From Octopus sinensis (Eukaryota), in NCBI RefSeq assembly GCF_006345805.1, contig NW_021834203.1, forward strand, positions 1 to 50,511: 50,511 bases of DNA, written 5' to 3'. The translations under genes were made by a program, and so were the position numbers. This document shows positions 22,266 to 34,031 of this stretch, in pieces (position 1 is the stretch's first letter; every line of letters begins with the position of its first letter). Below the pieces are notes generated by a model, which worked only from the letters and a program-made list of their open reading frames with translations, was not told where the DNA came from and ran no database searches.

Positions 22266-23555
22266 TGTGACCGTCCATAGAATAAACACGCCGTTGAATG
22301 GACACTAGAGCATAAAAAGCATAATAAATAGCAAATTCTATAAATAATTGATTGAAAATGCATTTTTAATTAATTAAAATATTAATAGTTAATATTTTTA
22401 ATTATTTTTTAAGCGTGCAAAATGGGTTTTGTGAAACTGAAAGCTTCGGATCTAAAAATAATAAAAGAAATTCAAGACGGCCAGTCAATTGATGAGCCGG
22501 ATGGGAATGTCGACCGTAAGAAAAGATTTCGACACAAAAACTTGATCAAAAAAATGATATTCAATGAAGATAAAGTGTATATTTTACACAAGGGCCTTCG
22601 GTTACGTTTTTTTGTGAGGACGAAGTGGAACTAAGGGAAAAAACCTTAGAGGTATTCAAAAAAGTTTAAAAAATTTAGGCGGAGCATAACTACAATCATT
22701 TCGGACGAGATAGATTGTTTAGTAAATTGCGAACATCCTATTATTCCATATCTCGTCGAAAGATTGCTGATGCTATAAAAAAATGTGTTCATTGTCAGGT
22801 ATTTTTTATGTTTCAAATTCCTAGTCATTAAAGTTGATGGCCACTAAGCCTCCTATTACGCCAATAATTGTTAAAAGACCAAGAGATCGTTATATAGCTG
22901 ATTTACCAGATTTACGAAGATATAGTGACATCAATGATTCATTTTCTTGGGTATTTATAATTTTAAATACAAGCTCTTTTAGATTCTGGTCATCGTCGAC
23001 TCTTTTTCAAAGTATGCAATTGTGGAATTAGCCAAGACAAAATCGGCTAAAGAAATATCGGATTTATTTTAGAACGTGTTTTACTATGTCGGACCACCAC
23101 GGATTTTACATACTGATAATGGAAAGGAATTTACTAATTCCTATATGACTAAATTGTGTGAAAAGTACAATATTTATCATATCTCCGGAAGACCGCGAGC
23201 TCCCTGGATACAAGGGCAAGTTGAGAGGTTTAAAAACTGAAATTATTAAATAAAATTTAGGTTAAACCAAAGCGTAAAACGTTGGATAATTTCAACAAGC
23301 TCGTCATCTGGTCTATTTGGACGCTATGTAGAAATTATGAAAGATATAATTTTTGATTATAACAACACGATGCATGCCACTACGAAACAAATTCCTTTTT
23401 ACATTTTTATGGGCTGTGAATATCCAAATACAATATCAGATCTGGATCTTGAAGGGATGAAGGCATATGAGATCGATTCCGCGATATCTGATGCACGAGA
23501 ACATGCATACACGAATATAATTATTTCCGGAGAAAAAATGATAAATAAACGAATT
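22266..23555 (+). mobile_element. Ginger-like (retroviral-integrase-type DD35E) DNA transposon with four micro-introns; 3' end lost
   Basis: Begins TGT; spliced protein gives HNYNHFGRD..CVHC, RYIADL, ILVIVDSFSKY and ILHTDNGKEF..PWIQGQVERLNQSVKRW; introns 22652-22678, 22799-22824, 22951-22982 and 23228-23260; T-run frameshift at ~22610 and TAG at 23070. Confidence 0.85.
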
Positions 23556-23850
23556 TTTACAAATTTAATGAAATTACTATTCTTCTTAAAGGAAATTTTG
23601 TCAACATGATTGATTTCAAAAGAATAATGAAAACATTTGCAAAAAAATTATTGCTTTATCGACATAATTTTTCTATAAATCAGTTTAAAAACATTTCACA
23701 ACTATCTGAGATTAGTAAATATTTTAGTCAAAACAATATTATGACATATTGTCAACATTTGACGGAAATAAAAGCGGATATATCGGATTTCAATTTTGTC
23801 ATTCATAACACACAATGTGAAAGAAATAGACTGAAAATTAATTCTTAGCA
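23556..23850 (+). mobile_element. Continuation of the Buster-type hAT transposase after the Ginger-like insertion
   Basis: IFT.FNEITILLKGNFVNMIDFKRIMKTFAKKLLLYRHN follows on from ..IISRKNDI at 22265. Confidence 0.7.
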
Positions 23851-23874
23851 GAGCATAACTCAATGTGTTCCCAC

Positions 23875-24050
23875 TGCATGAAATGGAAGACCGTCGATCA
23901 CTGTGCCACTAGATGTGAGAAGATGGTACATGAGGATTATGTCAGGAGGCATGATGAAGTAGTGAGATGCATCCACTTTCATTTTTGTCGAGAATTTAGA
24001 CTCAAGAATAAGAAAAACTCAAAACACATTCGATAATTGAAAAATAGTAA
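23875..24050 (+). mobile_element. R4-like zinc-knuckle fragment
   Basis: HCMKWKTVDHCATRCEKMVHEDYVRRHDEVVRCIHFHFCREF. Confidence 0.8.
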
Positions 24051-24129
24051 TTCCTTCGGACTGTCTGGCAGAGGAAACCCATGCTTGTTTTCTACACTTG
24101 ATGTCTCACGGAGGCGTCAACAAAATTGA

Positions 24130-24856
24130 ATTTCTCTGTCGCCGGCATTAGTTTATCGTGAAAAGTGAGTTCATAAAAAAGTCATATTCTAGAGACTGGT
24201 TGAAAGCCATCCTTCTGTCCACCGCTGGCCTCCTCTTGGATGATGAATCGACTCGAATCGGGACCTGTCTTCGTCTGGGAATTCCCCTTTGCCACTCTCA
24301 GCGGTGCAAGTGCGGCCACATGATTGACCTCGATAGTCTCCACCCCCTTTCGTCCCGCTTAAGCACCGGGCGTATCCCGAGACACGCTGGCCTGAACCAC
24401 GTCGTTAAACAGGCCCTCAATGCCGCAGGCTTCCCTTCTGTTCTGGAGCCTGCCGGCCTCGACCGTGGCGACGGCAAGCGTCCAGACGGAATGACGGTCT
24501 TTCAATTCTCGGAAGGGAAATGTCTCGTTTGGGATGTTATCTGCGCGGACACCTTTGCCCCCGGGACCGTTGCTCAGTCTGCGTCCTCCCCCGGCTTCGC
24601 TTCCCGTCGGGCTGAGGAGACGAAGCGGAAGAAATTCGCCTCTCTCCCACCAAATTACCACTTTGTCCCGATTGCTGTGGAGACAAGTGGAGTGATAGGG
24701 ACGGCCGGAGTGTCGCTTCTGACCGAAATTGGGAAGTGCATCTACAAGTGCACGAAGGACCACCGCCAAATCGGCTGGCTGTACCAGAGAATATCAATCG
24801 CAATCTTGCGAGGTAACTCGCTTGCAATCCGAGGTGCAGCCACTGCTGACACTTAA
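24130..24856 (+). mobile_element. 5'-truncated CRE-like non-LTR retrotransposon (C-terminal knuckle and RLE)
   Basis: DWLKA..GLLLDD..LRLG..CKCG..GRIPRHAGLN..LEPAGLDRGDGKRPDG..LVWDV..FVPIAVET.G..LYQRISIAILRGN; GC-rich against the AT-rich background. Confidence 0.8.
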
Positions 24857-25418
24857 TTAGCTATTTTGAAGAACTCTTTTTCTAAAAATAAATAATTAAG
24901 ATAAAAAAGTCATATCAGAGTGCGATGTCTGCAAGTTTTCTCTTCCACATAAAGTTAAGTCTATTTTAGTAATGGATAGTCGAACGCTTTAATCAGACAA
25001 TTACGAGATCACTATCGAAGTTGAAGTGTCCTAGTGAAAATAAATGAGTCTCCATTCTTGAATATTCGGTGTATTGCTACAATACAACGATGCATTCATT
25101 TTCGTATGAGATCCCATTCAAGCGTTATCGAGGAATTCTAGGAACAAATCTGTTAACGATCATCGAATCTGTAGAAGGTGGCATATTTTAAATAGGCTGA
25201 AAAATCGTCAGCAAAAACATCTTTTAATTTCGAAATACATCCGATCGGTGGTGATGACTAAAAGAGGATGAATAGAAAAATGGGCGTGCATTGTAGTAAA
25301 TAAAATTATGCCATAGGGGACAAAGTTGTAAATTAATTTTTAATCTTATTAAGGTTCGGATTGCAAAGGGTTACGGAACGAATCCAGCTTTAATGTTGAA
25401 TAAATTCGAATCCAAGTA

Positions 25419-27816
25419 CAGTGCAACCCCTTATTGGGGCGACCCCGGACGTGGGGCACCCTCGGGTTTTGGGGCAATTTGAATTTCTATTAGGAGTTTT
25501 TCTGTTTATTCTTTATAAGATAAACCCTGTTATGGGGCATTTAATATTTTATATATTTGTTAGTTATAATTTTTGAATTTTATTTTGTAATAACTAGGGC
25601 CAACATTTTTTTAACCTTAAAAATTGAAAAATTTAACCTTAAAAAGTTAACTTTATTAACCTATAAACCAAAATTTTTAACCTTAAAATTAAAAAAATTT
25701 AACTTTATTTATTCTCAGGTTAAACCTGTAAAGTATAAATAAGAAACAATAAAATACTTTAAAGACTATTCATGACATAATTTTCCAAATTTTGTGTAGC
25801 AAAGTTTCTGTTTGACCTCATAAAACTCCTAAATTGCGAAAAGCATCGTTCGATAGATGCCGAGGATGGTTGACAGTTTTGAAGTAACGAATAATCTTCC
25901 GGAGAGATATTTTTATTATCCATATTAATAATTTTAGTCATATCGCTCTCTAAAAATCTCTTCTCTAAATATTTTTTGATCCCTGCTTCATCCTTCCCGA
26001 AGTCAAGTGTACTTAACGTCGAATATGCAAATTCTATTGTACATTCGTTACTTTCAAGTTGTAATATTTTCTCTATGAGATTAATTACTATATGAAAAAC
26101 CTAGAATATGTGAATAGTTATGCGAAATTGCACATAAGCTTTTGACTAGTTTTTCACTTTTCAATGCATTTTTGGTGGCAGTCACTAGTATTCCTTCGTC
26201 CTCAATCAAATCAAAAATGTTAATCACTGAGATTAAATTTCTTGAATAAAAAGATGCAGCCTTTAACCAGGTGCCCCATCTCGTCAACACAACTTTCGAG
26301 GAATTCCAATTTCGTAAAACAACAATTTTCGCTTGTGGTTCTTCTGACAGAAGCTTGCACGCTAGCTATCACATCATCAACTTCTGGATAAGATTTTCTG
26401 ACCTCCATTGAACAATTATGCAAAATATGGGTGACGCAATTAACATTAAAAAGATTAGAATATAAATTTTTTAAAATTTTCCCGGCTAAATCATTAATTA
26501 ATTAAAACAATACCGGATGTCATATACCGTGCAGCATCAAAAATGAGAAGCATAAAATTATCCCGTTCAACCATAAGGTTTCGAATGGCATCATCAACGA
26601 TCTGTGCTATGATATTTTTTGTTGGCGCGGATTCGATTGGCTTGAATGAGACCAAATAAGTAATTGTAGGGAGTTTTATTGATCCCATCAAAACGGCGAC
26701 ATAACGTTTGTTTCGAATTTGAGTTTCATCGGTTATTGTAAAAATTTTTTGTTCTCTAGAAAATAAACTTTGATGGAATACTTGAATTTGTCCCTAAAAG
26801 ATCCTATGTATTCATTTGCAATATATTTTGCACAATTCCTTGCTTGTGATTGCGAAGGAAGGGAAATTTTGTTTCTTTCGAAGATATCAACAAATAAAGG
26901 CATTGATAATTTATTTAGCGGAATGTCACATTTAGAAAAGCCTTAGTCACCCTCAAATTCCAGTTTCCAATTTCAGATTCATCTAATTTTTGTTGGCTAA
27001 ATGTAGTCAAACGATCTATATATTATCGAAAAATCTATACCAACGAAAGTCTTATGTTTCTTTGATATCCTGTGGAGGTTAACAAAATGCTTTTTCGAGC
27101 ACTTTACTGTCGTTAAGCATAGTTTAAACAATTCATCGTTGTTATTTAACTGAAATTCCTTTGGGAATTCGTTAACAATTAATTTTGCTTTAGTTAGATA
27201 AGACTTAGAAGTACGCGGCATACAACAAAAACTTGTAATTTACACGCTGTTTAATATTTATTTAATCGTATAATAATAATTTGTTGAAATAATTAAATAA
27301 AATAAAGTTAAAAAAATTTAACCTTACGATTTATTTTTTTAACTTTATAATTTTTTAAAATATAAAGATAGAACGTTTAAAAATAATATAAAAACAGTTT
27401 TTATTTAATTTTTATTTAAAATATTAAAATTTAACTTTATTAACTTTATCACCCCTAGTAATAACTAATAATAACGTGTTTCTGTTGTTTGATGGATGTA
27501 ATTTTGATGGATGTGAAGGTTCTGAGGGCTTCAGAGAACCCGATAATATTGATAAACATTCATTTCTCGACAAGGTCGTTTTGGATCGATTAATTTGACA
27601 ATGGATCGATTAATTTAAAAGTACCAATTTGGAGCGAAAATAACGGATCATTTCCCGACAAGTAAAGACTAAAATTGTTAGATGAAATTAAGAATAAACA
27701 TCTTTTGGTTTTAAATTAACAAAACGTTAGTTTTTTTCGTTAATATTAGAAAACCCCTCTATCTGGGGAAACCCCTGTTTTTGGGGCACCTAGTGCCCCA
27801 AAAAGAGGTTAGACTG
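25419..27816 (-). mobile_element. TIR DNA transposon with a degenerate CGGBP1-type hAT-like transposase
   Basis: TIRs cagtgcaaccccttattggggc / cagtctaacctctttttggggc (18/22), each flanked by TA; frames give ELF.KLCLTTVKCSKKHFVNLHRISKKH, LLIFDAARYM, TRWGTWLKAA and SSASIERCFSQF. Confidence 0.8.
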
Positions 27817-29108
27817 TATTCCGATACTTGTAAAATACGTACAATTTTGTCAATTCATGCGTAGAGGTCGAATTTTCAAATGGTGAGAAAAAATCGGTGT
27901 TGATGTGGCGTTTAAAACAATGGACAGGTTGCCCATCGGGCCCATGTCACATATTAAAAAGAAAATATAAAAATTTCAAACAGAAATCGACTTGAAAGGA
28001 ATAAACCAAACAAACTTTTCGTGGAGGGCAAACACGAAACTTAATATCTATATTTAAAACCAATATAGGTTCAGGATCAAACTGTTAAAAAAGCATCGGA
28101 AACAAATTTTAAAGATTTGTTTTATAATTGTTCACAAGCAAAAAGATATCCGCATTTGATTTCTCATTTTTCATCTTGTTTGATCTGATAAGAGTGTGTA
28201 ATGTACTTTGGGAGTATATTCACCATAAACATATACACCATCGGCTACACAATATTACAAACTAGACTTTTATAATAACTCAGATGTGGGGAATAAATGG
28301 CGGGTACAAACATTATAATAGACTGTTCTTTGATTTGTCCAGAATGTATAATTATTATGATTATCAAGTCATATTGAAAGTCATATTAAAGTATAAAAGG
28401 GCAAATATTAAAAAATTTTAATAGAAATTGACTTGAAAGGAATAAATCGAAATAAAATATAAAAAAGATGAAATTTAAAACTGTATAATCACAAAATTAA
28501 AGTTCATAAGAATTATTCCTTCATAATCAATAGAAATAGACCAATATAGAAAAACATAAAAACGACAACAAACTAAATCAACTACGTGTATCAGCGTGCT
28601 CTAAATTATTACCATTAGGCTTGCCATTAAAAATATTCTAATTAAAAAATTTTTAATAAATATAAATTTTATTTATATCAATAAGACATCTCATGATGAA
28701 CTATACACCAACAAATTAGGGTTACGAACAAATTAGCAAGATTCATTAACTTTTCTAGTCATCCTAGTCTCTATCATCTAACTATTCTGACGTCCCTCAA
28801 CTTGTAGTAGCTTATATCTCGTGTTATTTGCTGTGTTCAGAAGATGATATGATAATTGATATAATTATTTTTAATCATGTTTTATAGCCCCCAACTGATT
28901 TTTGATGAAATCAATGCTCGAGAAGATAGTTTGGAAAACACTGCAAATAGACCAGAGAGGTATCTTTAACAATGGAAGATGGTGGAATATACTGAAGTTG
29001 TTATTCTAGGAATCAGGAGGAAAATGTGCTACAATAAGATCAAATGTCGGCAGCCCAAACATTAACAAGTTATGTGATGATTCGAACAGACCACTGGTTG
29101 ATGTAGAC

Positions 29109-29992
29109 CAGTGATTCTCAACCGTGGTGCATGTGCACCATTTTTGGTACATGGAAAATACTCGAATGGTGCATGGAAAAAAAATTGGTACATGGTATTA
29201 TTTTTTTATTATCAGTAATTAGTACATTACGATGGTTAACCATTATCATTTGATACCTATAAATACTCGTGTCAATCACATGTCTGGTAATAATTCATGT
29301 ACGCCTCGGATTTATCGTAAAGAATATCTGAAATATGGATTTATCCCTTCCAGTGGAAACAAATCTAGGCCTTTTTGCATAATCTGCAAAATTTCTTTGG
29401 CCAATAGTTCAATGAAATTATCAAGATTAATACACCATTTGAGGACTAGACATCCAAATCTAGTCGGATCTTCGCTTGAATATTTTCAAAATATAAAAAA
29501 CAAGATTGATGAACCTACAACTCTTCAAAAGTTAATCACTCATCATGCTCTTGCGCGAAAAAGTATTCCTTTTAACCTATTTCATAGATGGGTTACTTGC
29601 ATCCTACAAAATTGCCCATATTGTTGCTAAAAATAATGATACCCATGATTTGGGAACAAATAATTAAAATTTTATTATGTTTTCCAACAACATATCTTGT
29701 GGAATCAGGATTCAGCGTAATAAACAGAATATTGAGCGATGAACGTAACAAGCTTGATATTTGCTCGCGAGGAGATGTCAGATTATTTTTAACACGCTTG
29801 GACCCTGATATTCAGGAACTAATTAAAATGCATGAAAGCCAAGGCTCTCATTAAATAGTTAAAAAAAGATTTTAAGTCAATAAAATTAATTAAAAAATTA
29901 AATAAGTCTTTGTTTCTTTGGTACACGAAATAACTTGGTTTGGTACACTGACGTTTTTTTTGGTACATCAAAAAAAAGGTTGAGAACCACTG
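29109..29992 (+). mobile_element. 884-bp internally deleted Buster/Charlie hAT element
   Basis: TIRs cagtg(a/g)ttctcaacc (14/15); flanks atgtagac / atctagat (6/8, central TA); BED finger YLKYGF..RPFCIIC..HHLRTRHP joined to C-terminal FPTTYLVESGFS..RGDVRL..QGSH*. Confidence 0.92.
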
Positions 29993-30789
29993 ATCTAGAT
30001 CAACATTGCATATTTCTGTGAACATGTTGATTAGGCCCTACGTGATCAGGGGTGTTTTCAAAACTTCCAAAGGCCCGAAAGACATTTCAAGACGTTGGTC
30101 TTTTTTTCACGTTTCGTAAAGGCATTGGGAAAGAAGCACATGTGAGCATCGAAAATAACTTCTAGGATCTGAGTCTAGCAAAACAGAGTTTTGTTGTTCT
30201 CTAATGTAAGATAAACTGATTTTTTCCCAAGTTATATCCAAATTGAGGTGTTTCTCGTATTTTATTTAAAAAATAAATACATATGAGTAAAAAATACAAG
30301 AAAATCATGTCAATTTTAGAAAAATATTTAAATTCTTGTAAGTGGATGTCAAAAACTGTAGGCTGGATGGCACAATGCAAAATACTCTTAAATAAAAAGC
30401 TTTAAACCTGAAGGCCCATATTTTTTAAAAATTTTTAATTTTAAATGTTTATTTTAGTCTTATTAATAAAAATGTTGCGTTTTAAAGAATTAAATACTTC
30501 TTGCAGTCTTCTCCGAACTGTAAATAAATTAAATTGAATATTTATCTCATCATTATTAGACCGTATCTACAAAAGTTTAATTGTATGAAAAAAACCTGGA
30601 ACTATCGACAAAGTTCTACAAATATGACATTCGGTATTATTGGCTGTATTACACCTTTTTTACTTTTCTTTTATAAATTTTCATTTTGCTGTGAGAATTT
30701 TCCACATTGGTTCCAGAAATTCACAGCTTAAATTTACTCTATCTTGTCAACTGTCGTGGCTCGTACGCCGACCACTTAGCAAATCAGAA

Positions 30790-31010
30790 AAAAAAGTTTG
30801 ATGATTCTTAAAAACCTAACCAGATTCCATCTGGGTCCTGAAACGTACATCAACGTGTACAGAATGAGTGTACAGCCTCAATATGGCTACGATGACTGGT
30901 TCGGTACGGAGGAGAGTGACTACCTTATCTAACAGTTGGGAAAGACAAGACGTTTCGCATTGAAACTGGCTTATGGAATACAACTTGATAAAAGGCTAAA
31001 AGACTCTCAA
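30790..31010 (+). mobile_element. Possible LINE post-RT (thumb) remnant
   Basis: LMILKNLTRF..NVYRMSVQPQYGYDDW..RRFALKLAYG; weak similarity only. Confidence 0.3.
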
Positions 31011-31639
31011 GAATCCTCTCTGTCCCCTATCCGGATAGTTCTGAAGAAAAGTTATGTTAAGTAGTTATAATTGGGGTTATCAAGGAAAGAGACACTTCGG
31101 TACTTTGTTTCTTTATCTCCCCGTTGATAATCTTTCCTTGTTTTTTTGGGTTTTCGTTTTTCTTGAACAATAAAGAACTATTCTATAAGATTATTAACCC
31201 AAACAATTAAACTTATTCAAATTAATTTCCTGGTAATATTTCTTGAGCATTTATGGCTGTAATGTAAAAGAAGTACAAAGCTATATGCGTTCACACAATC
31301 ATTAGGCCTAATTCCTGCCAGACCCTGAACGATGTATTTTTTTGATATTTTCGAGCCAATTTTCATAATATTTTTGTGATCATCAATTTTGAATTTTTTA
31401 TTTGAGAAATGTAAGTTTTAATGGTCTCTAGTGCTCTGAAAGCTTCCGATAGCTCAACTTTTTTTAACATAATCCTCCTCATTACTTGTTTCCTAATTTT
31501 AGTCATTAAATAAAATCAAGTACTGATTGAAATTTTTCATTTTCTCGAAATTACCCTTCTAAAAATTCAGTTAGTTCTTCATTTTCAATATAGCCATATT
31601 CAAGAAATGCATCATTGATTTCACATTTTTTATGTCGTT

Positions 31640-32091
31640 AAGATGAGTAATGGATTAGGATTAATTGATTCTATATCGTCGTGATGTTTTTTTAGCTTAA
31701 GACCATTTCGGATCTTGAACTTTTCTTTCCATCCACGGCTTGCTTTAAATGTTCCATTATTTTCTCAAAATTTAAAAACCTTTGAAATGATTATTGAATC
31801 AGATAAAATTGCTCCCTTTGAGTCAATTAGGTTAATCCATGCTGCCAGTTTCTCATCAATTTCATTAAACTTGAGTTTAGGAATTCTTGTAGCTTTTAAT
31901 GTTTTTATGATAGTCCCGTTTAATAGGTCGGATTTTGACTTAAAATCGTTTATCGCTCTCGGAGAAATCGTCTCCTTCAGTCTGACGGAAAAAATTCTTG
32001 AAATTTGTGGAGCAGATATTGACAGTTTTGCAGAAATATAACGAAAAATAGAAATTTTTTCGTAGATAGAAACTCTAGTACAGCGCCACAT
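31640..32091 (-). mobile_element. pogo/Tigger (CENP-B-type HTH) transposase N-terminal remnant
   Basis: EIDEKLAAWI..GAILSDSIIISK, then (frameshifted) KASRGWKEKFKIRNGL; no DDE or TIR found. Confidence 0.75.
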
Positions 32092-32394
32092 CTCAAGAAA
32101 ACATTGTGTCGTGTAATTTAAATAATAATTAATTTAATTAACAATTAAGTATAAATTTTTTTTCAAATTAATGACGAGCAGATTTGCAGTGATGTTTGTA
32201 GAATTTACTCACAGCACCGTCCCACGTTAGTACCAGTGGTACTATAGTTCCCTTTGCTTTGTGGATTATCCCAGTTCATTTGATCGTACTTATGAAGCTT
32301 CTCCACCTCAACTTTCTTTAAATTTACTTATTTAACCCCCATTCCCCCCTGAAATTAAAAGTAATGCGGCAAGAATAAAACTTTCTTTAAATTT

Positions 32395-32545
32395 TTTGGT
32401 GGGTGATCCCAACAAGCGTGATTTTGTTCCTCATTTTGGCGAGTACAAAGATGCCCGGCTTGTTATTCTTGACCATCAGATCTGTACATATTATTGTGTC
32501 AACACGAATCTCCACAGTTATTCTCAATAACTGACTAAACAGAAT
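32395..32545 (-). mobile_element. R4-like RLE fragment
   Basis: SVIENNC.EIRVDTIICTDLMVKNNKPGIFVL..LVGIT. Confidence 0.65.
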
Positions 32546-32559
32546 AAATGACTATATAA

Positions 32560-33030
32560 TCTTCATCATATTTCCATCTTCTTCTTTCTATCATTTTATC
32601 TCAAGCGATAAGAAGTTTTGAATACGCTTTTCAGTGCTCCCGATAATAATTGTTCCATTTTCGACTCCGTTATTGAATTCGGATTTTGAGCACCTATAAA
32701 CAAGTAGAAAGGTATTTTTCCGGTTTTGGAATGTATTGTTTATTGTAAGCATAAACAATGTCTTTAATTATGGTACAATATCGCCCAAAATATCCACAAG
32801 AGGCACTTGCTGATGATATCCAACATTTTATGCTTTGGTTAGACTTTAAAAAATAAAAACCATCAGCCAACCTCTCTACTTGATTGAATATTTTTAACAG
32901 ACTTGGTCAATTAACGAATTACAGAATTCTTTTGTCTGTTTGGAGAATGATTGGCGGTCCGATGTAATAAAAAACATTTTGGAATAGGTTGGCTATTTTG
33001 CAAGCTGCTTTAGCCTAAATCGTGTAGTGT
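32560..33030 (-). mobile_element. Second, more decayed fragment of the Ginger-like integrase family
   Basis: FQNVFYYIGPPIILQTD..KEFCNS, QVER[intron-like ~28 nt]NQSIKCWISS..GYFGRY..IKDIVYAYN..KIPFYLFIG parallels 23070-23430. Confidence 0.75.
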
Positions 33031-33196
33031 GTTTTCTTTGTTTTCTCTGATTTTTTTGATTTTTTGAAGAATTTCTTTGGTGAGATTCACATTACGCATA
33101 GTTCTACGCATTTTGTATAAATTAAAAAGTAGAATATTTCTTTAAAATATTTAATTAATTGTTAATATTGATGTATAAAATAACTATTTATATATA

Positions 33197-34031
33197 GGGT
33201 TTTCCACACTTTTTTGAGACTTTTCACGCAATTTCGTGTAAAGTAGATTATCGGCTTTTCGTTTCAAGCAATTCTGCCACTTTTTCAAGCAATTTCGTGC
33301 ATAAGAAGATTATCAGTTTATTGTTTCAAGCAAATTCGCTACTTTTTCAAGCGATTCCGTCACTTTTTCAAGTAATTTCGCCATTTTTCAAGCAATTTCG
33401 CCAAATTCTTAATATTTATTTTTTAAAAATATACTCGTTTTACTAATATAGATTTTAGTTTATAGCTCTATGAATGAATTATTATTTATTCAAAAAGGAA
33501 AGCCGAAAAAGAGAGCAAAATTAATAAGACAAAAAATCATTAAGTTTAATCAATTTCAATTTCTAATGGATCAGTGAAACTGTTTTAAACATCGATGAAT
33601 AGTGCTTTTGCTGATGACTAAATTTTGTTCTGAAAAAAATTTATTTCGTAAATCACGTAATGTTATCGTAGGGTGACAATCGACCCATTCTCTAATTTGA
33701 TTTTTTTGATTTTCATTCAGCTTTGATGATCTATTTCCACCTGTTGGTTTTTTAAATATTCTTCCCTCATTATGAAATGTGTTAACTATTGAAACTATTG
33801 TACTCCTTGGAAGTTTAAGTATTTTTGAGATTTCCGTATTGCTTAGTCCTGAATTTGAGTGAGTTATTATCAATCTTCTAGTATCATTGTTAATTTTGTT
33901 TCTACTCATGACAAAAAATGTAGTGTTTAATAGGTTTATAAATGTATTTAATTGACATAAAAAAATAAATTTATTTTTAAAATAAATATAAAAAAATTTG
34001 GCGAAATTGCTTGCAAAAGTGTGGAAAACCC
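33197..34031 (-). mobile_element. IS630/Tc1-mariner deletion derivative retaining an open N-terminal HTH ORF (33571-33909)
   Basis: TIR gggttttccacactttt at both ends flanked by TA(TA); subterminal caagcaatttc repeats; ISKILKLPRSTIV..GGNRSSKL..HPTITLRDL..ISKSTIHRCLK; no DDE region. Confidence 0.85.

Noticed and set aside
24359-24827. Minus-strand ORFs 24359-24769 and 24537-24827; likewise 19594-20691 antisense ORFs
   Set aside because: Shadows of the GC-richer CRE-like and RTE-like coding strands
28060-28330. Penelope GIY-YIG endonuclease remnant on the minus strand
   Set aside because: Only a GVYVYGE word; the motif order and downstream residues do not fit
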